From positions 1,244 through 65,243 of the forward strand of contig CALCRE010000299.1 in the NCBI GenBank assembly GCA_937894465.1: a stretch of 64,000 bases of DNA, given 5' to 3'. The notes below the pieces were generated by a model. The model saw only the letters and a program-made list of their open reading frames with translations, was not told where the DNA came from and did not search any database. Every line of letters begins with the position of its first letter. The stretch's first letter is position 1. Positions 29,724-40,463 of this stretch are shown here, one piece after another. Position numbers and translations under genes: made by a program. This DNA comes from an uncultured Clostridia bacterium (lineage in GTDB: Bacteria > Bacillota > Clostridia > JAAYHZ01).

Positions 29724-31763
29724 TTAAGCTGTGATCACATGCTTGTTGATCAGTTGTACATGGGGCTCTATTTCATTAAAAGATAAAACAACAAGATCCG
29801 GTGCCAATTGTTCTGTTAAATACTTAAAGTGAAATCGCACCACCGGGGATGTGACCACCAGAGGTTGCAAGCCCATTTGAGTAAAGGATTCTATGGCATC
29901 CTTCACTTTGGTCAACATGCTTTGCAATACAGTAGGTTCCAGATTGACATAAGACCCTTGTTTGGTTTGATGAATGTTATCCAGGATCAACTGCTCCAAA
30001 TCCGGATCCGGCATCATCACCGGAGCCTTTCCTTCCGGCACGAACTTTGCAGTGATGACCCTTCTCAAGTTTTGCCTTACATATTCGGTCAACATCTGAG
30101 TGTCCTTTGTCATTTGCCCGTAATCGCTTAATGTTTCCAATATGGTGGTCATATCCTTAATGGGAATTCCTTCTTTTAACAAATAGGATAATACTTTTTG
30201 CACCTCTCCCAAGGACACGACTTTTGGAACACAATCCTCTATTAACGCCGGTTGGGTTTTGTGGATCATGTCGATCAAGTCTTTGACCTGTTGCCTGTCC
30301 AAAAGCTCGTGTCCATGGTGTTTTAACACATCAGCCAAATGGGTTGCGATGACTGAAGTGGGTTCGATCAATGTGTAACCTGACATCTCGGCTTTACTTC
30401 TTGTCTTTTGATCCACCCATTTAGCCGGCAAACCGAATGCAGGCTCAAAGTCTTCAATACCCTCAATAGTGTCTTGAGTGTCATCGTTTTTGATTGCCAT
30501 ATATCGGTCTGCATACACAGTGCCTTCTGCCACCTTGGCACCTCGGATCTTGATGACATATTTGTCCGGTGAAAGCTGCATATTGTCCCGCAAACGTACC
30601 ACCGGTACCACCAACCCCAATTCAACGGCACATTGCTTTCTGATGGCCACCACCCTGTCCAAAAGATCTCCCCCTTGGTTGACATCCACAAGAGGAATGA
30701 TATTGTAACCGAACTCCAACTCGATTTTATCCACTTGTAAAAATGTGCTGATATCTTCGGCCTTTCTGGTTTCCTTCACTGCCTTTTCTTGTTCTTGGGC
30801 TTTTTCTTTCACTTGCTTTTCTTTGGTCGCTTTCTTTAGGGAATAACCTAATACCACAAACAAGGTTGCAAAGAACAACATGGACAATTTGGGAAGACCG
30901 GGAATCAAGCTGACCACCGCCACAATGACACCGGATACGATTAAAACATCCGGCTGTGTAAACAGCTGCTTTCTGATGTTGGTCCCGATGTTTTCATCCG
31001 ATGCGGCTCTTGTGACCGTGATACCTGTGGCGGTGGAAACCAAAAGAGCAGGCAGTTGGCTTAATATCCCGTTACCTGTTGCCGATAACGCATAAGTACT
31101 TAATACATCATCAAAGGTCAACTGATCCATGACCATACCGATGATGATCCCCCCTACAAAGTTAATGGCTGTGATGATGATCCCCATCACGGCATCTCCT
31201 TTTACGAACTTGCTAGCCCCATCCATGGATCCGTAAAAGTCGGCTTCCCGTTGAACGTCCCTGCGCCTGACCTTAGCCATAACCTCATCAATCACCCCGG
31301 AGTTCAAATCTGCATCGATGGCCATTTGTTTCCCCGGCATGGCATCCAATGTAAAGCGGGCTGCAACTTCCGAAACCCTCTCGGTACCTTTTGTGATGAC
31401 AATGAACTGTCCTATGACCATAATGAGAAACAAGATGATTCCCACAACAAAGTTATCACCAATGACAAAGGAGCCGAATGTTTTTACCACCTTTCCGGCA
31501 TCCCCTGCGTTGGACAAGATCAGTCGAGTGGCTGCAATGTTAAGACCTAATCGGAACAATGTGACAATCAACAAAAGGGAAGGGAACACGGAAAATTGCA
31601 AAGGTTCGGTGATATAAAGGGCGGTGAGCAATATGACAATGGAAATCAATATGTTGAATATGAACAAAAAATCAAGAGCCTTAGGCCTTAGAGGTATCAT
31701 GATCAATAAAATGACACCTACAATTGAAACGGCAATCAAACTGTCCCCTATCTTTGTTTTCAT
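29724..31763 (-). CDS. flhA: flagellar biosynthesis protein FlhA
   Basis: 693-aa ORF; TM N-terminus and FHIPEP-type sequence; start placed at MKTKIGD. Confidence 0.9.
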   Translation of the reverse strand: MKTKIGDSLIAVSIVGVILLIMIPLRPKALDFLFIFNILISIVILLTALYITEPLQFSVFPSLLLIVTLFRLGLNIAATRLILSNAGDAGKVVKTFGSFVIGDNFVVGIILFLIMVIGQFIVITKGTERVSEVAARFTLDAMPGKQMAIDADLNSGVIDEVMAKVRRRDVQREADFYGSMDGASKFVKGDAVMGIIITAINFVGGIIIGMVMDQLTFDDVLSTYALSATGNGILSQLPALLVSTATGITVTRAASDENIGTNIRKQLFTQPDVLIVSGVIVAVVSLIPGLPKLSMLFFATLFVVLGYSLKKATKEKQVKEKAQEQEKAVKETRKAEDISTFLQVDKIELEFGYNIIPLVDVNQGGDLLDRVVAIRKQCAVELGLVVPVVRLRDNMQLSPDKYVIKIRGAKVAEGTVYADRYMAIKNDDTQDTIEGIEDFEPAFGLPAKWVDQKTRSKAEMSGYTLIEPTSVIATHLADVLKHHGHELLDRQQVKDLIDMIHKTQPALIEDCVPKVVSLGEVQKVLSYLLKEGIPIKDMTTILETLSDYGQMTKDTQMLTEYVRQNLRRVITAKFVPEGKAPVMMPDPDLEQLILDNIHQTKQGSYVNLEPTVLQSMLTKVKDAIESFTQMGLQPLVVTSPVVRFHFKYLTEQLAPDLVVLSFNEIEPHVQLINKHVITA

Positions 31764-31770
31764 ATGTACA

Positions 31771-32847
31771 TCACTTTCCTTTCTTGATCTTGTAAATCCA
31801 TGCAAGTATTTCGGCTACCGCTTTATAGAACTCCGCGGGTATCTGCTTTCCTACTTCCGTTGATTTGTATAAAGCCCGGGCCAAGGGTTTGTTCTCTACC
31901 ATTTCCACACCATGTTCTTTTGCCTTCTCACGGATCTTTCCCGCAACAAAGCCTTGACCTTTTGCCACCACCACCGGTGCCGAATCGGCTTCCGGCTCAT
32001 ACCGGAGGGCAATGGCCAGCCGGGTGGGGTTGGTGATTACCACATCGGCTTTGGGTACGGCTTGCATCATCCTGCTCATGCCGATTTCTCTTTGCTTTCT
32101 TTTGATCAGACCTTTTGTTTCGGGGTTTCCCTCCAACATCTTGTATTCTTCTTTGACCTCTTGCTTGGTCATACGCAGATTTTTCTCGTATTCCCACCAG
32201 GTATAAAGATAGTCACCCAGAGCATAAATCAAAAGAAAAAGGCCTGCTTTCAATGCCACATCCATGGATGTATCCAGCATAAATTTTGCAGATGACAATA
32301 AATCCATCGTCATCAAAAAAGGTATATGATCTGCATGGGCTTTGACGGTATTGACAACGATGGAGGATATTATGACCACCTTGATCACGGATTTTAAAAG
32401 CTCCATCAGGGATTTTGCCGAAAACATCCTCTTTAAACCGCTGATGGGGTTCATTCTTGAAAACTTTGGTTTCAAGGCTTTGGTTGAAAACAAAAATCCG
32501 AATTGCAAACAGTTGACACATACGGCCAATACCAATGCAATCACCGATATCGGCGCAATGACAACAACAATGGATACCAGGGCTTTAAACAAATAGTGAT
32601 ATACATAACCTAAATCCAATGCCCCCTCATTAGGGTGGACACTTTGAAAAAGATCAACAAAAGCAAGTGTTGTCTTCTCCAAAAAGAAAGATCCCAACAA
32701 ACGAAGTGATGCAAACAAGGCCAGCAACGTAATAGCGGAATTAAGCTCTGTACTCTTTCGAACTTCGCCTTTTTCCCTTGAATCTCTTCTTCTTTTAGGC
32801 GTGGCTTTTTCAGTACGGTCATCTGACGCCATCATCATGAACATCAT
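31771..32847 (-). CDS. flhB: flagellar biosynthesis protein FlhB
   Basis: TEKATPKRRRDSREKGEV; NPTR autocleavage site (VVITNPTRLAIAL). Confidence 0.9.
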   Translation of the reverse strand: MMFMMMASDDRTEKATPKRRRDSREKGEVRKSTELNSAITLLALFASLRLLGSFFLEKTTLAFVDLFQSVHPNEGALDLGYVYHYLFKALVSIVVVIAPISVIALVLAVCVNCLQFGFLFSTKALKPKFSRMNPISGLKRMFSAKSLMELLKSVIKVVIISSIVVNTVKAHADHIPFLMTMDLLSSAKFMLDTSMDVALKAGLFLLIYALGDYLYTWWEYEKNLRMTKQEVKEEYKMLEGNPETKGLIKRKQREIGMSRMMQAVPKADVVITNPTRLAIALRYEPEADSAPVVVAKGQGFVAGKIREKAKEHGVEMVENKPLARALYKSTEVGKQIPAEFYKAVAEILAWIYKIKKGK

Positions 32848-32848
32848 T

Positions 32849-33625
32849 TTACAAAACCATCCTTCTTGCCAACTCCCTTATACTCGTAAACATCAAATCA
32901 AACATGTTGCCGGAGAGCCCGAAGAATACAGGGACGGTCAAAACCATAACAACAAAGCCCACGATGATCTTGATGGGTATGCCCACAACAAACATGTTCA
33001 TTTGGGGAACGGTTCGAATGACAATACCCAAAGCCGTTTCTGTAATGAACATAGCCGCCATGACCGGCATGGCCAACCTCAAAGTCAAAGCTACGGTTAA
33101 CAGGAAAAACTCCACCATAACAACCCCTATATCGAGGTTGATTTCAAAATTTCCCGGTGGCATCAACACAAAGGTCTCGGCCAATATCCGGATCAATGTA
33201 TGATGACTGTTAGTTATAAAAAACAGGACAAGGAAAAATATATGAAGCATATTCCCCACTAAGGGTACTTGGGACTCGGTTCTTTGATCAAATAATTGCG
33301 CCATTCCGAAGCCGATTTGGGTGTCAATAATATGACCTGCGGATAAAACCGCTGAGAAGAACAACGTTGTAACAAAGCCCATGCTCAAACCTGTAATTAA
33401 CTCTTTGATACAATTGTTGATAAACTCGTATAAGCCCGTCTCTTGCTGAACCGGAGGAAACAAGTTGATTAAAACATACGTTAAAAACAAAGAAAGCAAT
33501 ATTTTTAAGCCGGGAGGTGCGTTCTTCTTCCCTAAAACCGGTGACAAGGTGAACAAGGCCGCCACCCGCAAGAATATGTATAAAAATTGAGCCGTCCAGC
33601 TTAAAAGTACCGTTTCGTCCAGCAT
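32849..33625 (-). CDS. fliR: FliR
   Basis: Polytopic 258 aa in the conserved position. Confidence 0.85.
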   Translation of the reverse strand: MLDETVLLSWTAQFLYIFLRVAALFTLSPVLGKKNAPPGLKILLSLFLTYVLINLFPPVQQETGLYEFINNCIKELITGLSMGFVTTLFFSAVLSAGHIIDTQIGFGMAQLFDQRTESQVPLVGNMLHIFFLVLFFITNSHHTLIRILAETFVLMPPGNFEINLDIGVVMVEFFLLTVALTLRLAMPVMAAMFITETALGIVIRTVPQMNMFVVGIPIKIIVGFVVMVLTVPVFFGLSGNMFDLMFTSIRELARRMVL

Positions 33626-33629
33626 CTTA

Positions 33630-33899
33630 TCACCTTACCGCCATGGACATATAGTCATAAAGTGTCAATGTAAAATCCATCAGCTTGTTTAGCATCCAAG
33701 GGCCGAAAAGAATGATTGCCAAAAAGATGGTGACAATTTTAGCGATAAAGCCCAATGATTGTTCATTGACCTGTGTGGCGGCCTGAATAATGGACACAAG
33801 GATTCCTGTGAACAAACCGGCCGCCAACACCGGAGCCGCCACTTGAATCACCGTTAATAAAGCTTCTTGAATGATGGTTACTGCATCGGATTGTCCCAT
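33630..33899 (-). CDS. fliQ: FliQ
   Basis: 89-aa two-TM protein. Confidence 0.9.
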   Translation of the reverse strand: MGQSDAVTIIQEALLTVIQVAAPVLAAGLFTGILVSIIQAATQVNEQSLGFIAKIVTIFLAIILFGPWMLNKLMDFTLTLYDYMSMAVR

Positions 33900-33907
33900 A
33901 TATACTC

Positions 33908-34675
33908 CTAATTAAAACTTGTTACCAATGTTTCTACGGTCATCGACCAACCGTCCACCAATACGAACAACAACAGTTTAAAAGGCATGGATATTAATGT
34001 GGGTGGCAACATCATCATACCCATGGACATCAATGTGCTTGCAACAATCATGTCTATAACTATAAAGGGGATGTACAAGTAAAATCCCATTTTAAAAGCA
34101 GTTTTAAGTTCGCTTGTTATAAATGCGGGAATGACTGTTGTCAAGGGCAGTTGATCCAACGTCTCCGGGGCTTGCCCTCCGGACAATTCGATAAACAAAT
34201 TCACGTCCTCACTGTATGTATTCTTCAACATGAACTCCTTGATCACCGCTGCTCCCGTATCAAGGGCTTCCTGTTGCCCGACGGTGTTTTCCATAAAAGG
34301 CTTGTACGCCGTATCGTTGATTTCGGTAATCACCGGTTTCATAATGAACAAAGTTAAAAACAAAGCCAAACCGATAAGAACCTGATTGGGCGGCGCTTGT
34401 TGCGTATTCATGGCATTTCTTGTGAATGAAAGCACAATAATGATCCGTGTAAAGGAAGTCATCATGATCAATATGGATGGCGCCAATGATAAAACCGTTA
34501 GAAACAACAGAAGTTTTACCGTTGTTGATACACCTTCCGGTGTATCTGTCAAAAGGTCTATATCAATCAAGGGCTGTGCAGAAGCCGTGGAGGTCTCTTT
34601 CCCCAAAAGGTAAATCGACATTAAGAATATCGCAATCAGGAACCGGTGCTTATTTATTCTTTTTATACATAACAC
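33908..34675 (-). CDS. fliP: FliP
   Basis: SFTRIIIVLSFTRNAMNTQQAPPNQVLIGLALFLT. Confidence 0.9.
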   Translation of the reverse strand: MLCIKRINKHRFLIAIFLMSIYLLGKETSTASAQPLIDIDLLTDTPEGVSTTVKLLLFLTVLSLAPSILIMMTSFTRIIIVLSFTRNAMNTQQAPPNQVLIGLALFLTLFIMKPVITEINDTAYKPFMENTVGQQEALDTGAAVIKEFMLKNTYSEDVNLFIELSGGQAPETLDQLPLTTVIPAFITSELKTAFKMGFYLYIPFIVIDMIVASTLMSMGMMMLPPTLISMPFKLLLFVLVDGWSMTVETLVTSFN

Positions 34676-35003
34676 CCCCTTTTAAAAACTTACCCAACAT
34701 CTTCTCAAATGAATGGTTTTCCGGACTGCTTTGTTCTACCGCCACATTTTCAGGATCCAATGTATCGATCAGCGTGATATCATTTTCTGTGAACCCTAAA
34801 AGATATACGTGACCTCCGGCTTTTAAAAGGACAACGGATTTACCCTTGTCAATGTCTGTACGTTCAATCACATGCATGTTTGCACTTTTATGCATCCTGT
34901 TTGTCCTAGCCAAACGGATGACGGTAAACCGTGTCAGACAAATGACCAATATAAAAAAAGCCAAGTACATTACCGTATCAAAAGCAGTTTCTCCTTTCAA
35001 CAT
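34650..35003 (-). CDS. FliO/FliZ-like small flagellar membrane protein
   Basis: Position upstream of fliP; single TM. Confidence 0.5.
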   Translation of the reverse strand: MLKGETAFDTVMYLAFFILVICLTRFTVIRLARTNRMHKSANMHVIERTDIDKGKSVVLLKAGGHVYLLGFTENDITLIDTLDPENVAVEQSSPENHSFEKMLGKFLKGGVMYKKNK

Positions 35004-35944
35004 TATCGCAGATCCCCCTTGGCGCCTTCGGCAAGTTCGGTGATTCGAACTCCGTAGTTGTCATCAATGATTACCACCTCGCCTTTTGCAATCAGCTTGC
35101 CGTTTACAACCACATCCACAAGATCCCCTGCAAGCTTGTCCAATACCACAATAGATCCTTCACTTAAATCGACGATTTCCTTGATGGTCTTTTTGCTTTT
35201 TCCCAATTCCACGGTTATGGGCAAAGGCACATCAAGTAAGATATCAATATTCTTGGAATCTTTGATCTTAATGTTTTCCTCTTCATCAAATGACGGTAGA
35301 TTCAACGGTTCTATATTGATTTGTTTTCGAGTTTCCAGGTTTTTCTCCGGCATTTCCTCAACCTCACTTTGTTCATTTAATAACCCCCTTACAAGATCCT
35401 TTGCAAAATCAACAGGCATGATTTGCATCAGTTCACTATTGAGTAGACCTTCAATTTCCATTTTGAAACTGATTTTTACAAGTGTTTTTTCTTTATCGAT
35501 CACAGAAATATCACTGAATTTGGTTTGGGTCACCACAGGAGGCTCTATATCCACAACCGAATTCAATATATTGGACAATGACGTGGAGGATGACCCGATC
35601 ATTTGATTCATGATCTCAGAAATAGCGCTTAACCTGATTTCGTCAAGTTCGCCTTCTGTGGAAGTACCGTCACCGCCCATCACCAAGTCGGTGAGCACCA
35701 TCACGTCGTCTTGTTTCATGACCAAAATATTATGACCTGTAACACCTGCATTGAACTTGATATCCACAATCACATAGGAAACCCGGTATTCGTCGGTTAA
35801 CCGCTCCATATCCGTCACGGTTACTTTTGGTGTTGTAATAGACACTCTTTTTCCAATCAGTTCGTAAAGAACTGTAGCAGAAGCGCCCATACTGATATTA
35901 CCGATCTCACCTAACGTATCTATTTCAACTTCTGTTAAAATCAT
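35003..35944 (-). CDS. fliY: FliY (CheC-like phosphatase domain + FliN C-terminal domain)
   Basis: DTLGEIGNISMGASAT CheC motif; C-terminal LLDVPLPITVELG...VVNGKLIAKGEVVIIDDNYGVRITE (FliN). Confidence 0.8.
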   Translation of the reverse strand: MILTEVEIDTLGEIGNISMGASATVLYELIGKRVSITTPKVTVTDMERLTDEYRVSYVIVDIKFNAGVTGHNILVMKQDDVMVLTDLVMGGDGTSTEGELDEIRLSAISEIMNQMIGSSSTSLSNILNSVVDIEPPVVTQTKFSDISVIDKEKTLVKISFKMEIEGLLNSELMQIMPVDFAKDLVRGLLNEQSEVEEMPEKNLETRKQINIEPLNLPSFDEEENIKIKDSKNIDILLDVPLPITVELGKSKKTIKEIVDLSEGSIVVLDKLAGDLVDVVVNGKLIAKGEVVIIDDNYGVRITELAEGAKGDLR

Positions 35945-36936
35945 TGTCCCTCCTCCTTATAAACTACATTTGATATGTGAACGGCGTATTTGTTGCCTTT
36001 TACCCCCAACCTGCCCTTGAATTTAGGCATGTGTTCCACATACAGGTGAATGGGAGAATTCACTTTATGATCCAATAAAAGCACATCACCCGGTTGGAGG
36101 TTGACACAATCGAGAAGGGAGGTATATGTGGTGTTGAACTTTGCAATCAAATCAAGTCGGGAATCTTTTATCATCCCGCCGATCTTCTTGTCCTTACGGT
36201 CCGCTTCCTTTTTCTCGTTCTTCCCTACATAGATGGAGCGCATGGACAATTGCCTCTCTATGGGCTTTATGGACATATGAGGCAGACAAAAGTGCATCAG
36301 ACCTTCAATCTGATTGATCTTTATATTCATGGTAATAATAGCCACCGTCTCACTTGCGGAAACGATTTGAGCAAACTGAGGATTCACTTCCATCCTGTCC
36401 AATGATACCTGAATGGGCACCACCTTGCTCCATGCCTCCTCCAATAACCGAATGATTTGCTTTAGTAGCTTTTCCATAATGACCAGTTCAATCTCTGTAA
36501 AATTGCTCTTGCCTTTATCCACGGCATCAGCAGGACCGCCTAACACCCTGTTGATCATTGCATATGCCGTTTGAGGAGACAGATCCATTAAAGATGACCC
36601 GGTTAGGGGTTCCATGGCCAAAATAGTAAACAACTCATTTGCATGCAGGTTGTTGGAGAATTCAAGAAATTTCTGTTCCTCAATGGAAATCATCTCGGCT
36701 TCACAAGTGATTCTCAATGTACCGGTTAAAAAATTGGTCAACAAATAAGAGAAGTTATCAAATATGGTGTCCAATGACCTCATTTGTTCTTTTGTAAATT
36801 TATTTGCCAGTCTGAAATCATATTTTTTGTATTTTACTTCATCTGTGGGATGGGCTTTTTCAAGGCTTTGAACTTTACCTGTCTTCAGGGTATATAACAG
36901 CTCATCAATTTCCTGCTGAGTCAAAACGTTAGACAC
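35941..36936 (-). CDS. fliM: FliM
   Basis: MSNVLTQQEIDELL N-terminus. Confidence 0.85.
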   Translation of the reverse strand: MSNVLTQQEIDELLYTLKTGKVQSLEKAHPTDEVKYKKYDFRLANKFTKEQMRSLDTIFDNFSYLLTNFLTGTLRITCEAEMISIEEQKFLEFSNNLHANELFTILAMEPLTGSSLMDLSPQTAYAMINRVLGGPADAVDKGKSNFTEIELVIMEKLLKQIIRLLEEAWSKVVPIQVSLDRMEVNPQFAQIVSASETVAIITMNIKINQIEGLMHFCLPHMSIKPIERQLSMRSIYVGKNEKKEADRKDKKIGGMIKDSRLDLIAKFNTTYTSLLDCVNLQPGDVLLLDHKVNSPIHLYVEHMPKFKGRLGVKGNKYAVHISNVVYKEEGQ

Positions 36937-36963
36937 TTATCCGGAACCTGCCTTTCTACAATG

Positions 36964-37353
36964 TCATTGCACGATAATTTCTTGGAAATAGACTCCTACG
37001 ATATCTTGGATTCCCAAGTCTTCCATGATTCTTTCGGATATTTCATTTTTCCACTGATCCGATTGAATGAGATCTTCCTTGGTCTTCCCTCTTAATACGG
37101 ATATAATGGAATCCCGTAGCTTGTAATTGATCTTTTTCAGACCGGCTACCGCCTTCTTGTTCCGTACCTCAAGCATGAGATCCACCTTCACCAGGCTTTT
37201 ACCGTCACTTAAATTGGTTACAAAGACATCTCCGGGATCATAAGGCACTGCCACATCTCCGGCTAGTTCCTTAGACAGATTATAAATATAGATACCACCG
37301 GCGATCATGATCATGAAAAGAACGACCACCAATGCAATCCATCCTTTTTTCAT
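36964..37353 (-). CDS. fliL: FliL
   Basis: Single-TM 129 aa before fliM. Confidence 0.75.
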   Translation of the reverse strand: MKKGWIALVVVLFMIMIAGGIYIYNLSKELAGDVAVPYDPGDVFVTNLSDGKSLVKVDLMLEVRNKKAVAGLKKINYKLRDSIISVLRGKTKEDLIQSDQWKNEISERIMEDLGIQDIVGVYFQEIIVQ

Positions 37354-37359
37354 TTGTTT

Positions 37360-38154
37360 TTAAGTCTCCTCTCCTTGATTTACACTGACAGCTGTTTTGG
37401 TGATCACAAAATCAACCCTTCTGTTCTTGCTTCTGCCGCTTTCAGTGTCATTGTCTGCAATGGGATGATATTCACCGTACCCCACTGCAGAAATCCTAGT
37501 CGGTTCATAATCTTTTTCTTCGATCATATATTTCAACACTGCAACCGCCCGATTGACCGATAATTCCCAATTTGAAGGGTATTGATATGTATGGATGGGG
37601 CGGTTGTCCGTATGACCTTCAATCCTCACCATGGAGATTTCATCATCATACTGAATCAGCACATTCGTAATATAGTCCAGAATATAAAGATAATCATCCT
37701 TGATTTTAGCCGACCCGGAATCAAACATAACATTATCCATAAAACGAATGATGATTTCCAAATCCTGTTTTGATACATGAATCACACTTTCCAATCCGCT
37801 GTCGATTACATAACCTTTAATCCCTTTGTAAAGAGGATCCATGTCCGGGATCACAAATTCACTTTCCGGTTGTTCTCCGGTTGACTCGTCATCCTCACCT
37901 TCACCGTTTTCTTCAAACCCGGATTGGCCTCCGCCGCTACCTACCATGCCGGGAGGCATTTCCTCTCCTATAGGAGGCGTAGTGGTATAACTCCTGTTGA
38001 AAGCCGCCACCAGCTCCTGCCACTTTTGTTCATTCACTGTGGAGAAAGAGTATAGCAATACAAAAAAAGTTAAAAGCAGTGTAACCATATCCCCGTATGT
38101 ATCCATCCAATGAGCACCTTTACTCTCATTGTCATTCTTTTTCCTTCTTGCCAT
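37360..38154 (-). CDS. motB: MotB (OmpA-like C-terminus)
   Basis: TM helix; RIEGHTDNRP...NWELSVNRA. Confidence 0.85.
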   Translation of the reverse strand: MARRKKNDNESKGAHWMDTYGDMVTLLLTFFVLLYSFSTVNEQKWQELVAAFNRSYTTTPPIGEEMPPGMVGSGGGQSGFEENGEGEDDESTGEQPESEFVIPDMDPLYKGIKGYVIDSGLESVIHVSKQDLEIIIRFMDNVMFDSGSAKIKDDYLYILDYITNVLIQYDDEISMVRIEGHTDNRPIHTYQYPSNWELSVNRAVAVLKYMIEEKDYEPTRISAVGYGEYHPIADNDTESGRSKNRRVDFVITKTAVSVNQGEET

Positions 38155-38975
38155 TACGCACTCCTTGTTTCCCTTAACCTTTCGCGAACAGCAGCTTCCT
38201 CTACTTTTTCCTTAGCTTCCATTTTTCGTTTTTCCGTGTCTGACAAATAAGCCTTTAATTTTTGCTCGATGATGCGGGGGTTTTCACCTGCCTGAATGGA
38301 TAAAATACCTTCGAGGAGCATCTCCTTGTGTCTTAATTCATGGGTAGTCCGCTCCTTGAGCCTTGTGGCCAAGGGTGTGAATACAAGGTTGGCCATCACC
38401 ACACCGTAAAAGGTGGTGATCAATGCCACAGCCATGCTAGGGCCTAGCGCGGAAGTATTCTCCAAGTCCCCTAACATATTGATCAAACCGATCAATGTGC
38501 CCACCATACCGAATGCCGGAGAAAATGAAGACATGCTTAACAAAACGGCTTGTCCTTGACCATGCCTTTCTTCAATGAAGTTCATCTCCGTCTCCATGAT
38601 GTTCTTCACCGGTTCAGGATCCGAGCCGTCCACGATCATAAGGATGCCTTTTTTCAAAAATGGTTCTTCCAGTTTTGCCGCTTCTTCTTCCAATGCCAAT
38701 GTGCCGTTTTTCCTTTGTATCATGGACAACTCCAACAACAAATCAATGCTTTCTTGAACATCAAAGTCTTCCTTTTTCATTGCTATGGGAAGCATCTTGC
38801 CTAAGGCGGCAAACTGCTTAAAGCTATAGCTTGCAATTGTTGCAAAAATTGTTCCGCCTATAGTTATTAATACGGAAGGCACATCCCAGAAAGCGCCGAT
38901 CTCACCGCTAATCATAATACTGATGGCGATGGCGAGAAAGCCTGCCAAAACTCCGATTATTCCTGTAAAATTCAT
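38154..38975 (-). CDS. motA: MotA
   Basis: Four-TM stator protein; stop/start overlap with motB. Confidence 0.85.
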   Translation of the reverse strand: MNFTGIIGVLAGFLAIAISIMISGEIGAFWDVPSVLITIGGTIFATIASYSFKQFAALGKMLPIAMKKEDFDVQESIDLLLELSMIQRKNGTLALEEEAAKLEEPFLKKGILMIVDGSDPEPVKNIMETEMNFIEERHGQGQAVLLSMSSFSPAFGMVGTLIGLINMLGDLENTSALGPSMAVALITTFYGVVMANLVFTPLATRLKERTTHELRHKEMLLEGILSIQAGENPRIIEQKLKAYLSDTEKRKMEAKEKVEEAAVRERLRETRSA

Positions 38976-38985
38976 CTGACAATCC

Positions 38986-39198
38986 TCAATCCCTTCTAAT
39001 AATTTCTTTGGGAGGATTCAAATAGACTCCCCTTTTGTACTCGACGATAACCTTTTGAATTTCACCGATCGACTCTTTTACAATCAGTTTTTTACCGGTT
39101 GTCATGGTTACAACGGTGTCCGGAGTCTCTTCTAAAAACTCAATCAAGTCGGGATTGATATATATTATCGAATCATTAATCCTTGTTACCCTTATCAT
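38986..39198 (-). CDS. flbD: FlbD
   Basis: MIRVTRINDSIIYINPDLIEFLEETPDTVV. Confidence 0.8.
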   Translation of the reverse strand: MIRVTRINDSIIYINPDLIEFLEETPDTVVTMTTGKKLIVKESIGEIQKVIVEYKRGVYLNPPKEIIRRD

Positions 39199-39218
39199 TT
39201 AAACTCCATTCATTGGTT

Positions 39219-40028
39219 CTATCGTTTGAGATTGACCATTTCCTCCAACATCTGATCCGTTGTGGTGATCACTCTTGCATTTGCCTGGAAACCTCTTTGA
39301 GTTACGATCATATCGGTAAATTCATTGGTAAGATCCACATTGGACATTTCCAATGAACCCGGATTGATGGTGCCCGCTCCATCGGATCCGGCTTGGCAAT
39401 AAAGGGTCCCTAAGCTTTTTGGTGCTCCGGAAGCAGCTGTTTGCACATACAAGGATTCACCTGCTTTGGATAAACCGTTGTTGTTTGAAAATACCGCAAT
39501 ACCCAAAGTTGTGATGACTTGTGCTTGGCTTTGACCGGTTTGGATACCCGTCAATTGTCCTAAGTCATTAATGCTGATATCATGATAATTACCGTTTAAG
39601 GCAACTGCCTGACCGTTTACACCCAATACATGCAATCCGTTTGCGTTCACCAAGTTTCCGGACTGATCGATATGAAAGTTACCCGCACGGGTAAAATAGG
39701 TGCCGCTGGAATCTCTGACCACAAAGAAGCCGTCTCCCTCTATGGAGACATCCAAGGGATAGTCCGTTCTTTGTGCTGCAGCACCGTTAAAGATGGTATC
39801 AATGGTTGATATGGCGGAACCTAAACCCACTTGAACCGGGTTTGTTCCCCCTACACCCATGTTCCCGGCTGTTGCAGTTTTTAGAGTTTGACTGTATATG
39901 TCTTGAAATGTCACTCTACCGCTTTTAAAAGCAACCGTGTTTACATTGGAGATGTTATTGCCGATCACATCCATTCTGGTTTGATGATTTTTTAATCCGG
40001 ATACTCCGGAATACAATGAACGCATCAT
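39219..40028 (-). CDS. flgE: flagellar hook protein FlgE (short Firmicutes form)
   Basis: MMRSLYSGVSGLKNHQ...NNISNVNTVAFK. Confidence 0.8.
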   Translation of the reverse strand: MMRSLYSGVSGLKNHQTRMDVIGNNISNVNTVAFKSGRVTFQDIYSQTLKTATAGNMGVGGTNPVQVGLGSAISTIDTIFNGAAAQRTDYPLDVSIEGDGFFVVRDSSGTYFTRAGNFHIDQSGNLVNANGLHVLGVNGQAVALNGNYHDISINDLGQLTGIQTGQSQAQVITTLGIAVFSNNNGLSKAGESLYVQTAASGAPKSLGTLYCQAGSDGAGTINPGSLEMSNVDLTNEFTDMIVTQRGFQANARVITTTDQMLEEMVNLKR

Positions 40029-40450
40029 AATATATTGTCCTCCTCTTGATTTGTGTTGTTATATAGAACTTCCAATATATCGGAAATCTTCACTTGCTTT
40101 TGGTCGATCAATGCAAATACTTGTCCGTTTTCAAAGAAAACTTTCTCAACCATTCCTTGAACATATTCGGTAAGATATTCTCCGGTCATTTTTGCATAAA
40201 CTTCTTTTCCGGTGAGAGACACCGCCTTTAGAAAATTCGAATTGATTTTGGTGACTTCTTCAGCAATACTAAATTGGGTCATTTGCGCAATAAAGTCGGT
40301 GTCGTTTACCGGATTCAAAGGATCCTGGTTTTGCAACTGGGAAACAAGAATTTTTAAAAAATCATCCTTGTTGTTCTTAGCTTGTTGTATGGTCCCGTTC
40401 TTGTTGTATTGATTTGTAATATTAACTGTGTTTACATTGATGTAATCCAT
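40025..40450 (-). CDS. flgD: hook capping protein FlgD
   Basis: KDDFLKILVSQLQNQDPLNP. Confidence 0.8.
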   Translation of the reverse strand: MDYINVNTVNITNQYNKNGTIQQAKNNKDDFLKILVSQLQNQDPLNPVNDTDFIAQMTQFSIAEEVTKINSNFLKAVSLTGKEVYAKMTGEYLTEYVQGMVEKVFFENGQVFALIDQKQVKISDILEVLYNNTNQEEDNIL

Positions 40451-40463
40451 TTTTCACTCCTTA

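Noticed and set aside
29829-35606. Numerous 60-180-aa plus-strand ORFs inside flhA, flhB, fliP and fliY
   Set aside because: They are antisense shadows of long conserved minus-strand flagellar genes.
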